Assembly (NCBI GenBank): GCA_020137815.1 | Contig: CM035354.1 | Span: 7,068,001 to 7,132,000, forward strand | Origin: Hormiphora californensis | Lineage: Eukaryota; Animalia; Ctenophora | DNA length: 64,000 bases | Direction: 5' to 3' | Shown: positions 29,152 through 43,700 of the stretch, one piece after another | Position numbering within the stretch: position 1 is the stretch's first letter | Layout: every line of letters begins with the position of its first letter | The notes under the pieces: model-generated | Database searches by the model: none | What the model was told of the DNA's origin: nothing | What the model saw: only the letters and a program-made list of their open reading frames with translations | Translations under genes and position numbers: made by a program

Positions 29152-32100
29152 CTACCCAATGAGAGGCCTTCGTTTCAGCTCTGTAGACAGCTCCACCTGG
29201 ACCGTCACAAAGTCAAAGTCTGCTACTTCCAGCACCACGTTCCGGGCTTCTTCGATCTTTCGGTTTGGTGAGGCGTCTGATACTGAAAATATATTCAGAA
29301 TTGAGTTAGGATGCAAAATTGAGTTAGGATCTACACCACCTTGATTTCTAACTCTTTCTAACTCACTACTCACTATACCCCCTCCCGCGTAACTGTATTT
29401 AGTGAACAGCACATCGACCGTCGAATATATGCCACCAAATTTAGTTTGGTTCTAAGTTTTATTGGTTTTCATATTTTCAAAATGTCCGCCTAGTCTCTCC
29501 GACTTTACAAAGACAGTGAACAGCTAATATTAGGGGTGACTAAGAACTAGTTCACCTAAATACAAGCTGCCAAACAAAATACACATCATATCTCCTGATT
29601 CGTGATGTCAAATAGTATGAACAGTGACAACTGACAACTCATACCAACGGAAAGGTGAACGGTTAGGGCGTTTCGGTCCATGGTTAGTGCCCAAATGTGC
29701 AGACTGTGTAGGTCGATAACTCCGGGGATGGACCTCAACCTACCCTCGATCTCCTCCCTGTCTATATCTGCTGGTGTTCCTGGAGATAAGGGGTATTGTA
29801 TAGTCTTAGAGATATAATGGGGGTTGGGGTGGGTGTTCCTGGAGACAAGGGGGTTACAGTAAGGATAATGATTGTGTACATGGCATGCGGGTCAAACTTA
29901 GTTATGTTAATTTTGTTACTTTTCAATATCAACGTTGAACTAAATGAAAATCATGTTGCACTGTCAAGATACCTTCCATGAGGACAGACAGAGCATCCTT
30001 TAGAATGTTGATGGTAGTAAACAGCACCAGGATGGCAAAGAGAAAGGTGCAGATAGGGTCAACTATCTTCCAGTCAGGCTGAGGTTAAAAGATTAGAATG
30101 AAATATGGAGGGGCCGGTACCAGTCAATAGAAGTAGAACCGAGAAGAATGGTTAAAACCGACCCCCCAAATCGATTTTAAAATCAAGTGCCAATAGAACC
30201 AAGTTAATGTTATTTGTTAGTTAATAATTTAATTTCAGTTAGCTATCTACCCTGATTCGGATGATAATTGCTGCAACAAGGACTCCAATACTTTGAATAA
30301 AGTCTCCAACAACGTGAATGAATGCCGCCCTTACATTTATATTCACCCTTGGTGCACCCTGCAGGGAAATAAAGAATTTAGTAACGTGATTAAACTGCAA
30401 TTATTGATAGTATATTGAGAATGAAAACTAAAACTAAACTCTGTGTGAAGCAGTTCATTAATTCACCTGTTCGGGGGAGGGAGCGTTACAGCTCATGATG
30501 TCCTCTGGCATTAACACCCACCCCATTCTGCAAACAATATTGAGATGAAATTATAACGAGAAGTTTTGTTCAAGCTCCAGAAAACTCCGTCACCAAATAA
30601 TGGTGTAATCAGTTACAAGTTGGAGTACTTACTCACATGTGTATTTTTTTTGCTTTTTATTGACTAAAGATTGGCATGGCAAGATACAAAGACACTTACA
30701 CTGCATTTACACAGACTCCCAGGATGGCCGTTATAAGCATGGGAGTGGGTTCCAAATCGTAGTCAGGGTTGAAGAGTCGCCCAATCGCCAGGTATATCAG
30801 AACTCCCGTGATTACCCAGATAGTAAAAACGGACAAAACTGCGCCAATCACCTCTTGGTAGGGATAATATATGGGATATAAGCATGTGTATTAGAGAACT
30901 AAACTAGAAACATATATTCAGGCACTATGTTACTTATCAAAAAGTTATTGTTTTAAATGGGTTTTAAATAAGATAAGATTTAATAATAATAATTAATCAA
31001 TTAATCATAATATGTATACGGTATATTATACCTGCTCTCAGCCAGGCGAATGTCATCCGTTTAGTAGGAGGCTGTTTGGCGATCCAGATGGCAACAATTG
31101 AAATGGTGTAACTAACGAAGTCTATTGTCATGTGGGAGGCATCTGTGAATATCGCCAGAGAGTTGGAAAAATACCCACCTGAAATATGTTTGGTTTATCA
31201 AAAGCAAGGGGAAAAGTTCGTGTTTGCTGGTTCAAGGCCGGGTATTGGGTAAACATAATAAGGTTTTGACTCATTTTGTCACCCATATCTCCTATCCGGA
31301 AAAGAAGGAACAACCCGGAACAACGATTGTAGGACAAAAACACTCTCCCTATATTCTGTTTTATCCTGAACGTACCGAGGGCCTCAGCGATTGTGAATAA
31401 AAGACATATTGCAGATGCCAAAAGTAGCTTGTTACGAGCTGCGTTTGTTGTAGGTAGCCTCTCAACGTGTGTCAAACAGTCAGAAATGCTCTCCTGACTA
31501 CCGTCCTGAGATTTTAGAGGATTTTAGAAGATAATGAACCCTATCCAAGGGTGTCGTTTCAATGTTTTTTAATTTTAAAAGATATTGGACCCAAGTCGTT
31601 TAATATTTGATGGTCCGATGACCAATAGTTTGATTGAATTTAAGATTCAATCGGACAGCTACAATTCTATATACTTGAAGTATTATTAGAGTTTGATATA
31701 TTCTTATCTGATGTCAACAAATTATCTAGCAGTTAGTAAACCTACTAATGATTAGTAGGGTAAGCAGCTGGGGTAGTTTGGCCCACCGGGTAAAGTGGCC
31801 CATGTATGGGGCAAAGTGGCCCTAGTTATTACATGTGGTCACGTGACTTTTTCTCCAGCGGAGACCTGCTCGTTCTGTTCCGAATTTTCGCTTTAAAACT
31901 GCTGTCATTTCTGTTTGGGTTGGCCGATTTTAATTTTGCAAAAACTGCCAGTTAGGCTTTATAATTCTCTAAAACGTGGTATAAAAATTTTGAAGAAATT
32001 GGCATTTTTGTTGTCTTAATTGTCAATTAAGTGAAATCGGGGCGAATATGGCCCACTCTCCAGTCTCCGGGGCAAAGTGGTCCGGTCTGGGGCAAAGTGG

Positions 32101-32695
32101 CCCACCTCTAGGACCAATGAAATGGCGCCTGCAATACCACGTGACATTGGAATGCACAAAAATGTAGTCCAGACGGTCAAATTGGGGGCAAAGTGGCCCA
32201 TGTTCCGGTGCAGAACATGGGCCACTTTGCCCCTAATTTGATCGTTTCGTCTAACAACACCAGGCACGTGATAAAATCGAGCAATGCTATTGGCTTGGGC
32301 CACTTTGCCCCGGTGCAAATTTTCCAAAAAACGCCTCACCAAATTATTTGAATTGATTAATTAACCCATTAAATAAAACTTGTAGATTTTAAAATTTAGC
32401 TCGGCTGAAAGGAAAAGGTTTCATTGTATTGGATAGCCTATATAATTTTTTTCTTCCTGCTGTATATATTGCGTATTTGAGAACCTAAAACGTTAAAAAT
32501 GGGCCACTTTCGCCCCAGCTTACCCTAGACATCTAATAGACCTACGTTAAAATATTTAGTTGGTCCAAATGCTACTCGGTTGTGGCCATTATTAGATATT
32601 GCCGTGTAATCTTGTTGAGTAAGGGGTGGAGAAGGGGAGAGAGACGAGTAATCAGCATGTCCGTTCGGAGTTAGTAGGAGTCGTTCCGCACTCAT
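29152..32695 (-). CDS. ZnT/SLC30 (CDF family) zinc transporter, ZnT2/3/4/8-like
   Basis: Spliced motifs [100 protein letters not shown] and VTVQVE. Both HxxxD site-A motifs are present. Confidence 0.92.
31758..32525. mobile_element. TA-flanked MITE with multiple ggggcaaagtggccc subterminal repeats (ZnT intron 1)
   Basis: TA|gggtaagc(agc)tgggg ... ccccagcttaccc|TA. The motif recurs about eight times in both orientations. Confidence 0.8.
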
Positions 32696-33285
32696 GGTGA
32701 CAGGTTGAGCACACTAAATTGTAGTCAAAAAGGGGTCAATTACACACTGACAATCAGATGTCACGTACTATACATAGTACAACTAGGAACTAAACTGGTT
32801 TATAATAACTGGCCCGGCACTGCGTCATCACGATATATCCGACACTATATAACTTGGCAAAACAACATGCCTGCACATCAATAGCTACTGTATCAACAGC
32901 GTTATATAATTCATTTTATTGTTGTGATTTACTGTTACTATCTAACTGTTCATTCTGAATATTGAAAAATGGGAATTGAGTGGGCATGGCGCGGGTGCGA
33001 TGAGACAGGGACGAGCAAGGTGATGTCTACAATTATTCATTAACAGTGTTATCGCTTTTGTTTCAAGCTTCACAATTATTCTAACAGGATAAGAACTGAA
33101 ATGCAAATAATATATGTGATATACAAACGGAACTAAAATATATGGTACTTGTATTATAGTTGTAGGTACTAGGTAGTGGTGCACACACGTCACTCCCAGC
33201 AAAATAAACAGAACTACCATACAAGTAATGTTGCTAAGATGTGTGGTGGCAGTGACACAAATATTGAAGAAATGTGATCAAGACA

Positions 33286-33341
<56 letters not shown>

Positions 33342-33575
33342 AGAAGGAAGCTATTATAGCAGATAACAATCCTAATTCCTATGATATTGCTTTTTCATAC
33401 ATCATGATCATTCAAGATACAAGATACATGATAAGAGACAAGGAAATAAAGTATAAACGGAGCTGCGGCCGAGGTGCACCATCAAAACCGCCAAAAATTT
33501 TGACATGACATTTTATAATTCATACCCCCTAGGGCGAGTCAACCATCTTTACCTCAATCTCTCACTCTCACCATC

Positions 33576-33741
<166 letters not shown>

Positions 33742-34745
33742 GTCCGTAAAGGGGAGGGGGCAAGAAATGAACCTTTTAAAGATGCACTAGTTCCTAGTGC
33801 ACCTCGCGTTGCTTGGAAGGCGAGGGACGACAGTAACGCAACGAGTGGTTATCGTATATGTGGCTAAATTACTAATTAGCGTCCATGGGGTTATAATTGG
33901 GTCTCTCCCTGTTAAACACTCCTTAGATAAGTTGGGCTCTCTGTATACCCCCTCTCTCTCTCTCACGGTCACCATCTTAGATAAGATAAGGAATGGCCTA
34001 ACACCGTGTATAGGCCGGAAATTCCAGTGACCTACTGGATTTTTCAAGAACCTACAGTGTTCTGATTAAACCTCCTTCTTCCTTATCCAGCCTTTATATG
34101 GGAAAATTAAATATGACGCCCACTGATGATGTCCGTTTGTCGCGTGACGGTTGTACAAACATTGTAATACGAAATTAGTATGTAAAAAGGAAAACAATAC
34201 CGCTCGGTTGTCAAACTCAAATAAGGCGGAATCTTCTGTGAACAAACTATTTGGCAACCATCTTATTTTCCTTTCGGTATATCCAGTGCCTTTTCGAGGT
34301 GTTTTGTTATTATTTTGGATTATACAGCGATCTTGGATTTTTGCCAACGTTGGCAAGTTCTCATGTTTAATTTATCCTGTCCCTGAAACAAGCAACAAGG
34401 CGAGAACTTGAAACATTTGATATTCCGATCCCCCGAGAAAGAACAATTATTTGCGAATTAAAAAAACACTTGCGACTCACATATAAATCGATATTGAAAT
34501 GGCAGCTCTATAAAAGCAATACAAATGAAGAATATAATCATTTTATTACAAATATAACATCTCTTGTTCCATTCGCAGAACGGGGCACGGAAATGAAATC
34601 TTCACAAAGAGTTTGTAGAATTCTACAATTCTCTTTATAGAGAGTGGATCTGTACAAAACAGTGCTGTCATTCGCAGTTTATTTACACAATTATAAAGAC
34701 TAAAACAAAGTGGGCACCCAATTACTCAAAATATCTAGAGTTTAA

Positions 34746-37700
34746 CTATTTGAAAAAGTTGGCGATAGTGTCATATATTTGTGGCGAGCCTTCTCGGGGT
34801 GGAGGTGGTTGTCTGGGTTCTATACGTCGCTTTTCCTCTGGGCGCACTGAGAAATATTTATTACAGGGTTCAGAGGAAATGCAGTGAAATATGATAGGGC
34901 GTGAAGGATGCTCAGAAACTCAATTAAATGTGTACAATGTGCCATTTTGGATCACTAACTATAACAGGCTACTGGTTATGTTTTCAAAATGCAATGCTAA
35001 AACAAAGGATGAACAAGTTGTGAAATTGCAAAGCGATAGTAAACTTAACAATTACAAAATTAATTAATTGGGAATTAAAAATGCTAGTATAGTAATTACC
35101 TATGTTTTGAATTACAGTAGGCATGAGAGAAGGAGAGGGCGACCTTTTTGAGGGACTTGGCATATGGCCAGGGCCTAAAAAGACAATATGATCAAGTACA
35201 TTAATAGAAAGATTTTAAACTGGATTTTTAATCAACTACCCGATTTTTGATCAAGTTTCGATAAACTATTTCAAATTTTACGTTTTAGCTATCTTCGGTA
35301 TCCACAATTATAGAAAGATCTGGTTGAAATATATCTATACTTACTTGGTGGCACATCAACTATCATGGGGCCAGGTCGACCACGTCGGGCCCGGACATTA
35401 CAGGCGATGGAGAGGATAATGATGACGACAATCAACAAGGAGAGCAGAATACATACAACCAGGAGAACAGGGAAGGGAATCTCTGAAGGGGGAATGTGGT
35501 TATACGGTTGTGTCAAGGTTTTTAGGATACGTTCCATTGGTCTATTATGATAATAAACGATGGCTATTATAATCCAGGGATTACTGTCTATCAATTGCTA
35601 CACCTATAGCTAATCTGCCAATAACTTACTCTCGCAGGGTGCGAAATCTATTTTAGACATCATTTCATCTCCATCCCCATGACACTGGTACATCTCCCAG
35701 GACGTCTGCATCTTCGTTTCATAGCCCTCTGCACAGGTGATATTCAGCATTTGACGGTGGTCAGCGGTGGTCAGCTTGCCCAGCGACTCCGGGATGAGGT
35801 TCTTGTCCGTCATTGATTGGGCTGTGTTCATGGTAACATCACATGTCCCTGTAATCATGGTAAAAATTAGAACAAGAAACGTGACAACATGGAGTGACTA
35901 GGAATTCATGGGGTACATCATCAATAATCAAGAAGATAAAATACCATTAGAGAAATCATATTTTACTTGGTAATTAGGTTTTCCAGATAACTTACTGTAG
36001 CATAGAGGAGGGAACACAGTGGATCCATCACACTTGAAGGTATTGGGAGCCCCGAACTCCACAGAATATCCATCTTCACAGTACAGGGTAATAGTCGTCC
36101 CACTAGTCAGCCGGGAATTAGTCGGGGGTATCATTCCACTGTGGGGAGGCGTTGTCGGGACAACACAGTAATCCGAGGTACAATTGCTTGCGGATGTAGA
36201 CCCCGTTGCTAGGGTACTCTTCCCGGTGGCACACTGCGAACACCCTGAGGTTCCCTTAGAGTCACTGTAGTAACCCAGCTGGCAGATCTGACACTCGTAA
36301 CTTCCACTCAGAGAAACCATCCCGTAACCTGTACTACACTGCAGACAGGTACCATTGACCTCTTGGGAGCCGCTAGCACAGCTAACTGTTGTTGCGGAAC
36401 TACTCCCACTTTGGCTGAGGGTCGTTGATCGCTTCCGTCTGCTACTCTTTGCATCGAATGTAATGTATATACCGTCTTCTACAGAATCAACAGCGCTGGT
36501 AAGGATGGTAGAGTCACTGAGAAGAGACACTTGGTTGAGTGTGAATGTCACGGTGAGGGTGGTGCCGCTCAAGGTACACGCGGCAGCGGGGGAACTGGCC
36601 ACCTCGCAGACTCCACTGCTCATACAACTGACAGCGTTATTCAACTTGAGAGCGGTGATAACAGCAGACTCGATATCAGAGGGGCACTGCACAGCAGAGG
36701 AAGTGAAGGTGAGGGTGAAGGCAACGGATCGGGCAGTCGCAGCAACATCGGCTGGGGGAGGGGAGTTTTATAAGTTTCAATACTACAAGAACCTCTAAAG
36801 AGTTTACTGCTTGGTTCATATTGGCGATATTTGGAAAATACTGCTGAAAATCCCCCGGCATAGCTAAGATTATTCCATCACACATACCTGAGCAGACTGG
36901 TGCAGTTCCATCGGGGTTATCCGAGGTTACGATGGACCATGTTTTGGTGTTGGTGTTACACGAGTAGGTTGTGTCATCTCCCTGTAGTGTATACCCACTA
37001 TCACACACGTACTTGGCAGTCGTGGAGGTTAGATAGCTGATATAGCCATTATCGGTATCAGGGAGGTCCCCACACACCGAGGTAGTACCTGGAGTTGTTT
37101 AGTTTAGTTAGAGACATATATTACACACATATTATACAGGTAGTTTCTGTATAATATAGAATAAAGTATAGAAACTATAAAATACCATTACTGTAGTCGT
37201 AAATAATGTATTTAAATTCGAACAAATGTGCTTACTTTTACACATTCAATAAAGGTGTAATTATAACTTACTCTTGCTCACACACGTCGGCGTGGTATCT
37301 ATAGAGAAATTCCCGCCGAATCGACACTGGACATTAAATGAACCACTGGCGTAGTACCCATCAGCACAGGAGAGCTTTGCGTAAGATAGGAAGTCTACTT
37401 TAGTGGTGGTATCCCAGGTTCCCTGTGACACATCCGGCAGATCCGATGCTTTACAGTATTCTGCGGGATAAAGTCGAGGGTGATGTTTTTGAAAGGGGGG
37501 GGGTGTCGTGCCTTACAACGGTATACAGTATTCTGTGAGAAAAACGACGAGGATAAAGGTCAAAAGCAAAGCAGATCGACTCATCATCACAGCGAAAATT
37601 CATCTTGTATTAAAACATGTGCTTCTGATCTACTCACCATAAACAAAGAGAGTTTTAGATCGTTTTGTCGGGGTGCTGAAGGTCGTCCAGGTCAGAGTCA

Positions 37701-40700
37701 ATTCAAATTTCCCCGTTACTTTGTCTGCTTCAGGTACCACATAACTATAAGGAATGGTTCCGTCCGATGCCTCTGTCCCCGCGGAGAAAACCACAGTTTT
37801 GGAGGTCCCTGTACTTGAGGGAGTGAAGGTGGCGGTCGCCGTGGCAACGCCTGACGCTTTGTACACCTAGAAGTAAGCAGTGTTACCACGGTAATAACAT
37901 TGAGTTGTGTTACAATGTTGTGGTAGTTACATTAAAAGTGACGGTGTAGTTTTCACTATACATTCCAGCTGTCTGATCGGACTCAATATAATCCCCACTA
38001 TAGCCAGTCACTGCAATAGACTTAACATCTGAAAAAGTGTCACCTTGAGATATAGGATTTATCGTGACTATTAGAAGTGCATAATAAGTCACTTACTAAG
38101 TGAGGTTAAATGAAGTATGAACGTTTGTAGACTGGCGCGTTATCAAGTTGGCTGTCGCCAGCGCGAGCTGGGGACAGCCAACTGGAGTTTAATCGCCCGG
38201 CAGGGCGATTAAACTGGTTTAAATCCCGACGCCGATCCCGAGGCGCCAGCCGAGGGTGAGGGGGAGGTGATTTAAACCTATAACGCGATAGGCTAACAAA
38301 CGTTCATATTTTATGAAACCCGATAGTAATTACACACAAATAAGAGACACAACACAAGGTGAAACACACTAGGACTGCTGGCAATTAGTCAACAGACACC
38401 GTGAAAATGTGTGTAGACTTAGTGTCTACTGTTCCTAACATGTTTGAGAAAGAGAGAGAAAGATTAGGGGCAATACACACTGTCAGAGGTAGTGAACAGT
38501 AAAAGAGACAATGAGAGAGAGAAATGAATGGAATGTGATTCTTTTCACTCCTTATGAGAGAGATAACATTGAAACGTGTTGCAGACATGTTTCCCCTTTC
38601 TTTTGTTGACAGAACTGTGTGTTTACACACATTTTCAATACTTAGAATTTTACACGCATGTTATTCAAATGAAGAGAAACGCGTGAAAGAGGGAACTGGT
38701 CTGTCAAACTGCGAGGAGGGTGTTAAATCTCCCAGCTGGCGGTTATCATGTGCGCGCAAATTCTTCAGACGACTGATAAATCAACTATCGGGTTTCATAA
38801 GTAGATAATAGTAAAAGTAGAGTTATTGTAAAATTGTAGTAAGTATGATTCGACTTCGTAAGGTGATCGGTAAAGCATGCATCTCGGTAGTTACATACCA
38901 GCGGTGTAGACTTTAGCGGAAATTGATGTTACATTCACATCAGTTTCATCTGGAATAACAACCAAACAAGAGTAACTTTTATACGCTACATCTATATCTC
39001 CCTTGAAATTGATTACACTTTTATACTTCTTCGTGCCTGCAGAAGAGATATTACTTTATGCTTCACCAGTACACAATACACATGAAAGATCGAACGGACA
39101 ATTAGAAGGCACCATTTATACAGATGCTGTGTGTGATGGAACATACCACTGACAGTTCCTGCACTGTTAGTAAGGGTCGGTGTTTCGGTGACTTTAACCC
39201 CTGTTGAGTTATACCAATCGATGGTTGTAATGGTAAGAGAGGTGTCTGTCGTCTCGCAGGTTAACTTCCCGTTTGTTGAGACATCTGTAGCAATGTCACT
39301 AGGTTCCGTTCCAATATCTGAAGGGTTTGGATTAAAATATAACTATAGAATATTATATCTGGATATTGATGTATAATGCATTATACTGCTGTAGACTTCA
39401 CCAACTCACTTCATACACACACACACACATGACCTGTACGACAGGTTATAGCCAGCTGCAGCGCCTGGTATTCACTAGGTTGTGTGAATGTAATCTTACC
39501 GATAACATAGAGGCTTGAGCCAATCAGGTGATATGGACGTGTAGCACACTTTAGCTCCTCTGTAGAAGTCTCTGCCGTGACGTGAAGAACTCAATTTAAT
39601 CCGTCACCTTGTTCTCAAATGCAACCCTGGTGTCACTGAAACACGTCAGAGTTCGCTAGAGTTCACAAGCCGGTATCCATAACAGGTTGCAGTTAGATTG
39701 TCGGCGGAGCATAGCCAGCACGACACAAACGTCATCACCTATTTGCATAGGTCTTACTCGCCCCAATACAGCCGGATAATCATCGTCACATGACGTCCTA
39801 GCGCATCTCGAAGGTGACTTTACAAGAAAGTGGCAATGTCACGACAGGAATGTAGCAATGTGAGTTATGTAGTGCGTGATCTGATGCATTCATTGTACAC
39901 ACGATCTTGAGTGTCGCGATTACCACAGTATTTCAAACTTGAGCCATTACTGTGGTCGGTCAGTTATCTCACCTAAATTGTGCTTGTTTTGCTTCTAGGT
40001 GCCCGCCAGCGGGGTCTATAGAACACAACTCCCTCCCTTACGTGCAGATATACCTGTAAACCCCTCGCTGACGCTCGGGATTTACAGGGCTGTAACGCAC
40101 GGGTCCCTTCGGGACCCGTGCATTACAGCTCAATAGACGCACTGCTCTGCAGTGCGTCTATTGAATAGATGCCCGCGCGGGAGGGAGTTATGTACTATAT
40201 AATGCACTATACTGCAGTAGACTTCACCCAATCACTTCATACACATTACACACACATACACACATCATACAAAAATGACCAAGCCTGTACGACAGGTTAT
40301 AGCCAGCTGCAGCGCCTGGTATTCACTAGGTTGTGTGAATGTAATCTTACCGATAACATAGAGGGCTTGAGCCAAATCAGGTGATATGGACGTGTAGCTA
40401 CACTTTAGCTCCTCTGTAGAGGTCTCTGCCGTAACGGTGAAGAACTCAATTTTATCCGTCACCTTATTCTCAAATGCAACCCCTGGTGTCACTGCAAACA
40501 CGTCAGAGTTCGCCTCAGAGTTCAGCAGCCGGGTATCTCCATTATACCAGGTCGCAGTAGAGCTTGTCGGTCCGGAGCCATAGCCAGTACACGACAACAC
40601 AACGTCATCACCTATCTTTGCATAGGTCTTACTCGCCCCAACTACAGAGCCGGATACATCAGGTGTCACAGTGACCGTCCTAGCAGCATCCCCCGTATAG

Positions 40701-43700
40701 GTGACTTTACAGGAATAAGTGGCAATGTCATCGACAGCGAATGTAGCAATTGTGAGTTTATTTGTTGTTGCGGTGGTATCCTGAATGCCATTCTTGTACC
40801 ACACGATCTTTGAAGTAATGGCGGAATTAACACCACATGTCATTTCAAACTTTGAGCCTATCACTGCTGAGCTCGGGGTCGATGTTATCTTCACATCTGG
40901 TAAAGATAAGTAAAGCGTTAAATAATAATTATACCTTCTTAGCTGATGCATAGTTCAGCCAACCTAGCTTGCACTATATTTTCAGCCGGAGGGTTGATTT
41001 TTGTACTGCTAAATTGTTCTTGAATTCCTTCACTTACATTTCAATTGGATATTGACAGTTGCAACGAGAGTAGCAGCACTTTTCTTCCATGTACATGTTG
41101 CCTTGTACACGTTGTATTTGGCCTTTAACAGCTTGAATCCTGCCTCGTTGGTGTACGTTGCACTGGAATACTCGTTGGAGGGAGTTCCATCTGATCCGGA
41201 GAGAGTGTTACTGGTGTCCCCGGTCCAGACTATATTCTCACACTCATCTCCGTAAAACTCTACAGCTAATTCATATGGTTCATCCTCCCAGGCACTTTCA
41301 GTCTCGTCCGCAGATGTACCTTGAGTGTACAACTGAAAGAGTACAGGGTTGTTAGACAATAATTGTTAGATAAGTATTATAGGCATGGACATTGAACTGT
41401 ATCTGTATTCGGTTCACACCAGGGGTGCGGTAGGTGACAATTATGTTTTTTATAACACCAATCGACTTCCATTATCTCAGAGTGATGATACCGGAAGCCG
41501 GCCACTCAAATGATCGAGGAGACCATCTCGGTATTCTCTGTACGTACCATTTCGGGGTCACTGGCTGCATCAGGATAATCATTCTTGTAGTCAACAGTAA
41601 ACTTATACTCGGCCGTATCGGAGTATGAAGCATTGAAAGTATACAGGTATTGCGTATCAGCGAGCTCTAAAGTTTCGTTGTGGACACTTATTGAGTCGTT
41701 AAACAGCTGCAGAACTGGTTTAGTTGACCATGACAGAGAATTAGCAGCGGTCAAGGTGCAGGTTATGGTGACTTTGTCACCCACCTCTGGGGATTTGTCT
41801 GAGATCTTCATCATGGCTGAAAAATGATTGAAATGATCATCATAAATTGAAATTATCATCATAGATCCCTTGTCAAAAACTTCCCTACAACCAATACCAA
41901 AAATTTTCCTGGACGACAATCTCTAAAACTTTTCTCCTGATAAAGCTTACCTCCTACAGATTTGTAGTTGACAGTAATGGTTTTATCTGCCGCCGTACCT
42001 CCCTCAATCTTACAAGTGAAGACCTTGGAGGCCGAAGGAGCACTATTAGTGTACTGCATGGTGTAAGTTGCCATATAATTAGCCCAGGCGGTCTCGGTTG
42101 TCTCCGAGTCACCCTTGTTATAGGTCTTCGTACCATCAAACCAAGTAACGGCCGTAGGTTCCGTGCCATACACGGTACACGTCAATACATTTACTGTAGC
42201 GTAGGTGTAAAGGTTTGCAGAGGGGACTACGGCTTCGTCAACTTTAAGCTCAACCCCATCACTTGTCACATCACCTAGAGTACCATAGGTAACGATGCAC
42301 TTGTACATCCCACTGGACGCACCCGCTGTCTTGGATACACTAAACTTGGTGGTAGTTGATGTAGTGGTGACTGTCGACCCCTCCGGTGTGAAACTCACCC
42401 CGTTCTTCATCCAACTAAATGAGATGGACCCTGAGGTCAGCGTGTAATCTGTGGCTGTGCAGGTAAACCATACTACTGCAGAACCGCTGGCATCCGAGGC
42501 TAACGTGGCCTCCAGTTCTTCGCTAGCCACAGCACTAATTGTCTGAACGGAGGATTTCTCAACAGTGCTGGCATAGGTCGCCTTGCAGGTATATCCTGCA
42601 GCATCGTAGGGAGTGAGGTCAGTAAGTTTGAGGGTGTCTACCCTTTTGAAGCTAGAGTAAGATCCAGCGGTTATTGTCACGGTGGAACCGGCAGTCATCT
42701 CAGCGCTACTGGTACCGTTATACCACTTCGTGGCGGACGGCTCATCGCCATAGAAAGTACAGGTAAGTGTCTTAGTTTCTTCATACTGTGCAGTAATACT
42801 GCTCGCCTCTGACACAGCCCGGACGTATTGGGTCACCTCGCTGGACTCTAGTGTGGCTATCGTTGAAAACTTTACTGAGCACTTGAAGGCCCCGTTGTCC
42901 GTTACCGCGGCTTTAGTCACAGTGTACAACGACTGCCCATTTGTAGGAGCGGATATTTTACTGGCGTCAGTGGTGGTCACATCAGTGTTGTCTTTCTTCC
43001 ACGATACTTCAGGGGTGAATGCCGTTATTGTGTTGTAGTCGCAGGTCAGGGTGTATGAGCCATCAGCGTTAATGAAATCCCCACTTCCGGAGAGTGTCAC
43101 AGCTGGAAACAGTTGGAGATTAGAAATCTGAAGCATTCTGACAACACAAAAGTGTTTAAAGGTGAATAGTAAGTCAATAGTATTAATGAATAGGATCTTC
43201 GCATGAAACACATTTGATATAGCTCTCTAGTAACTTACACAATATTTCTACCCGTATCTCCTTGGCACTGGTAGCACCGCCATCAGTGTAAGTAGCCGTA
43301 CACGTATACGTTCCCTTGGTGGAGGAGCCGAGTTTTTTAATCGTCAGCTTGCCCACACCATCGGTCTTTGCAATACCATAATCACTACCATCGGTAAGTG
43401 TAGCACCACTAAACACCCACGCGATGGATGACACCGCATCTCCATAAAATGTACAGGTCAGTGCTGTATCCGTGGAGGCATCTTTTCCATAAGCAGTCGA
43501 GTCTGCCTCCGCTAATCTGACATACTGCTGCTGGGTCTTGGAAGCGGTTCCGAGGGAAGCGAAGGTGACTTCACAGGTGTATACCACGTTATTGTCCTTG
43601 CTGGCTGATGCCACCACTAGTAGAGATTTTCCAGTTGTTGTGGTAATACCGGAGGTTACAGTGTCCGTGGGGGTCTTCCACGCTACTGACACCCCAGTGG

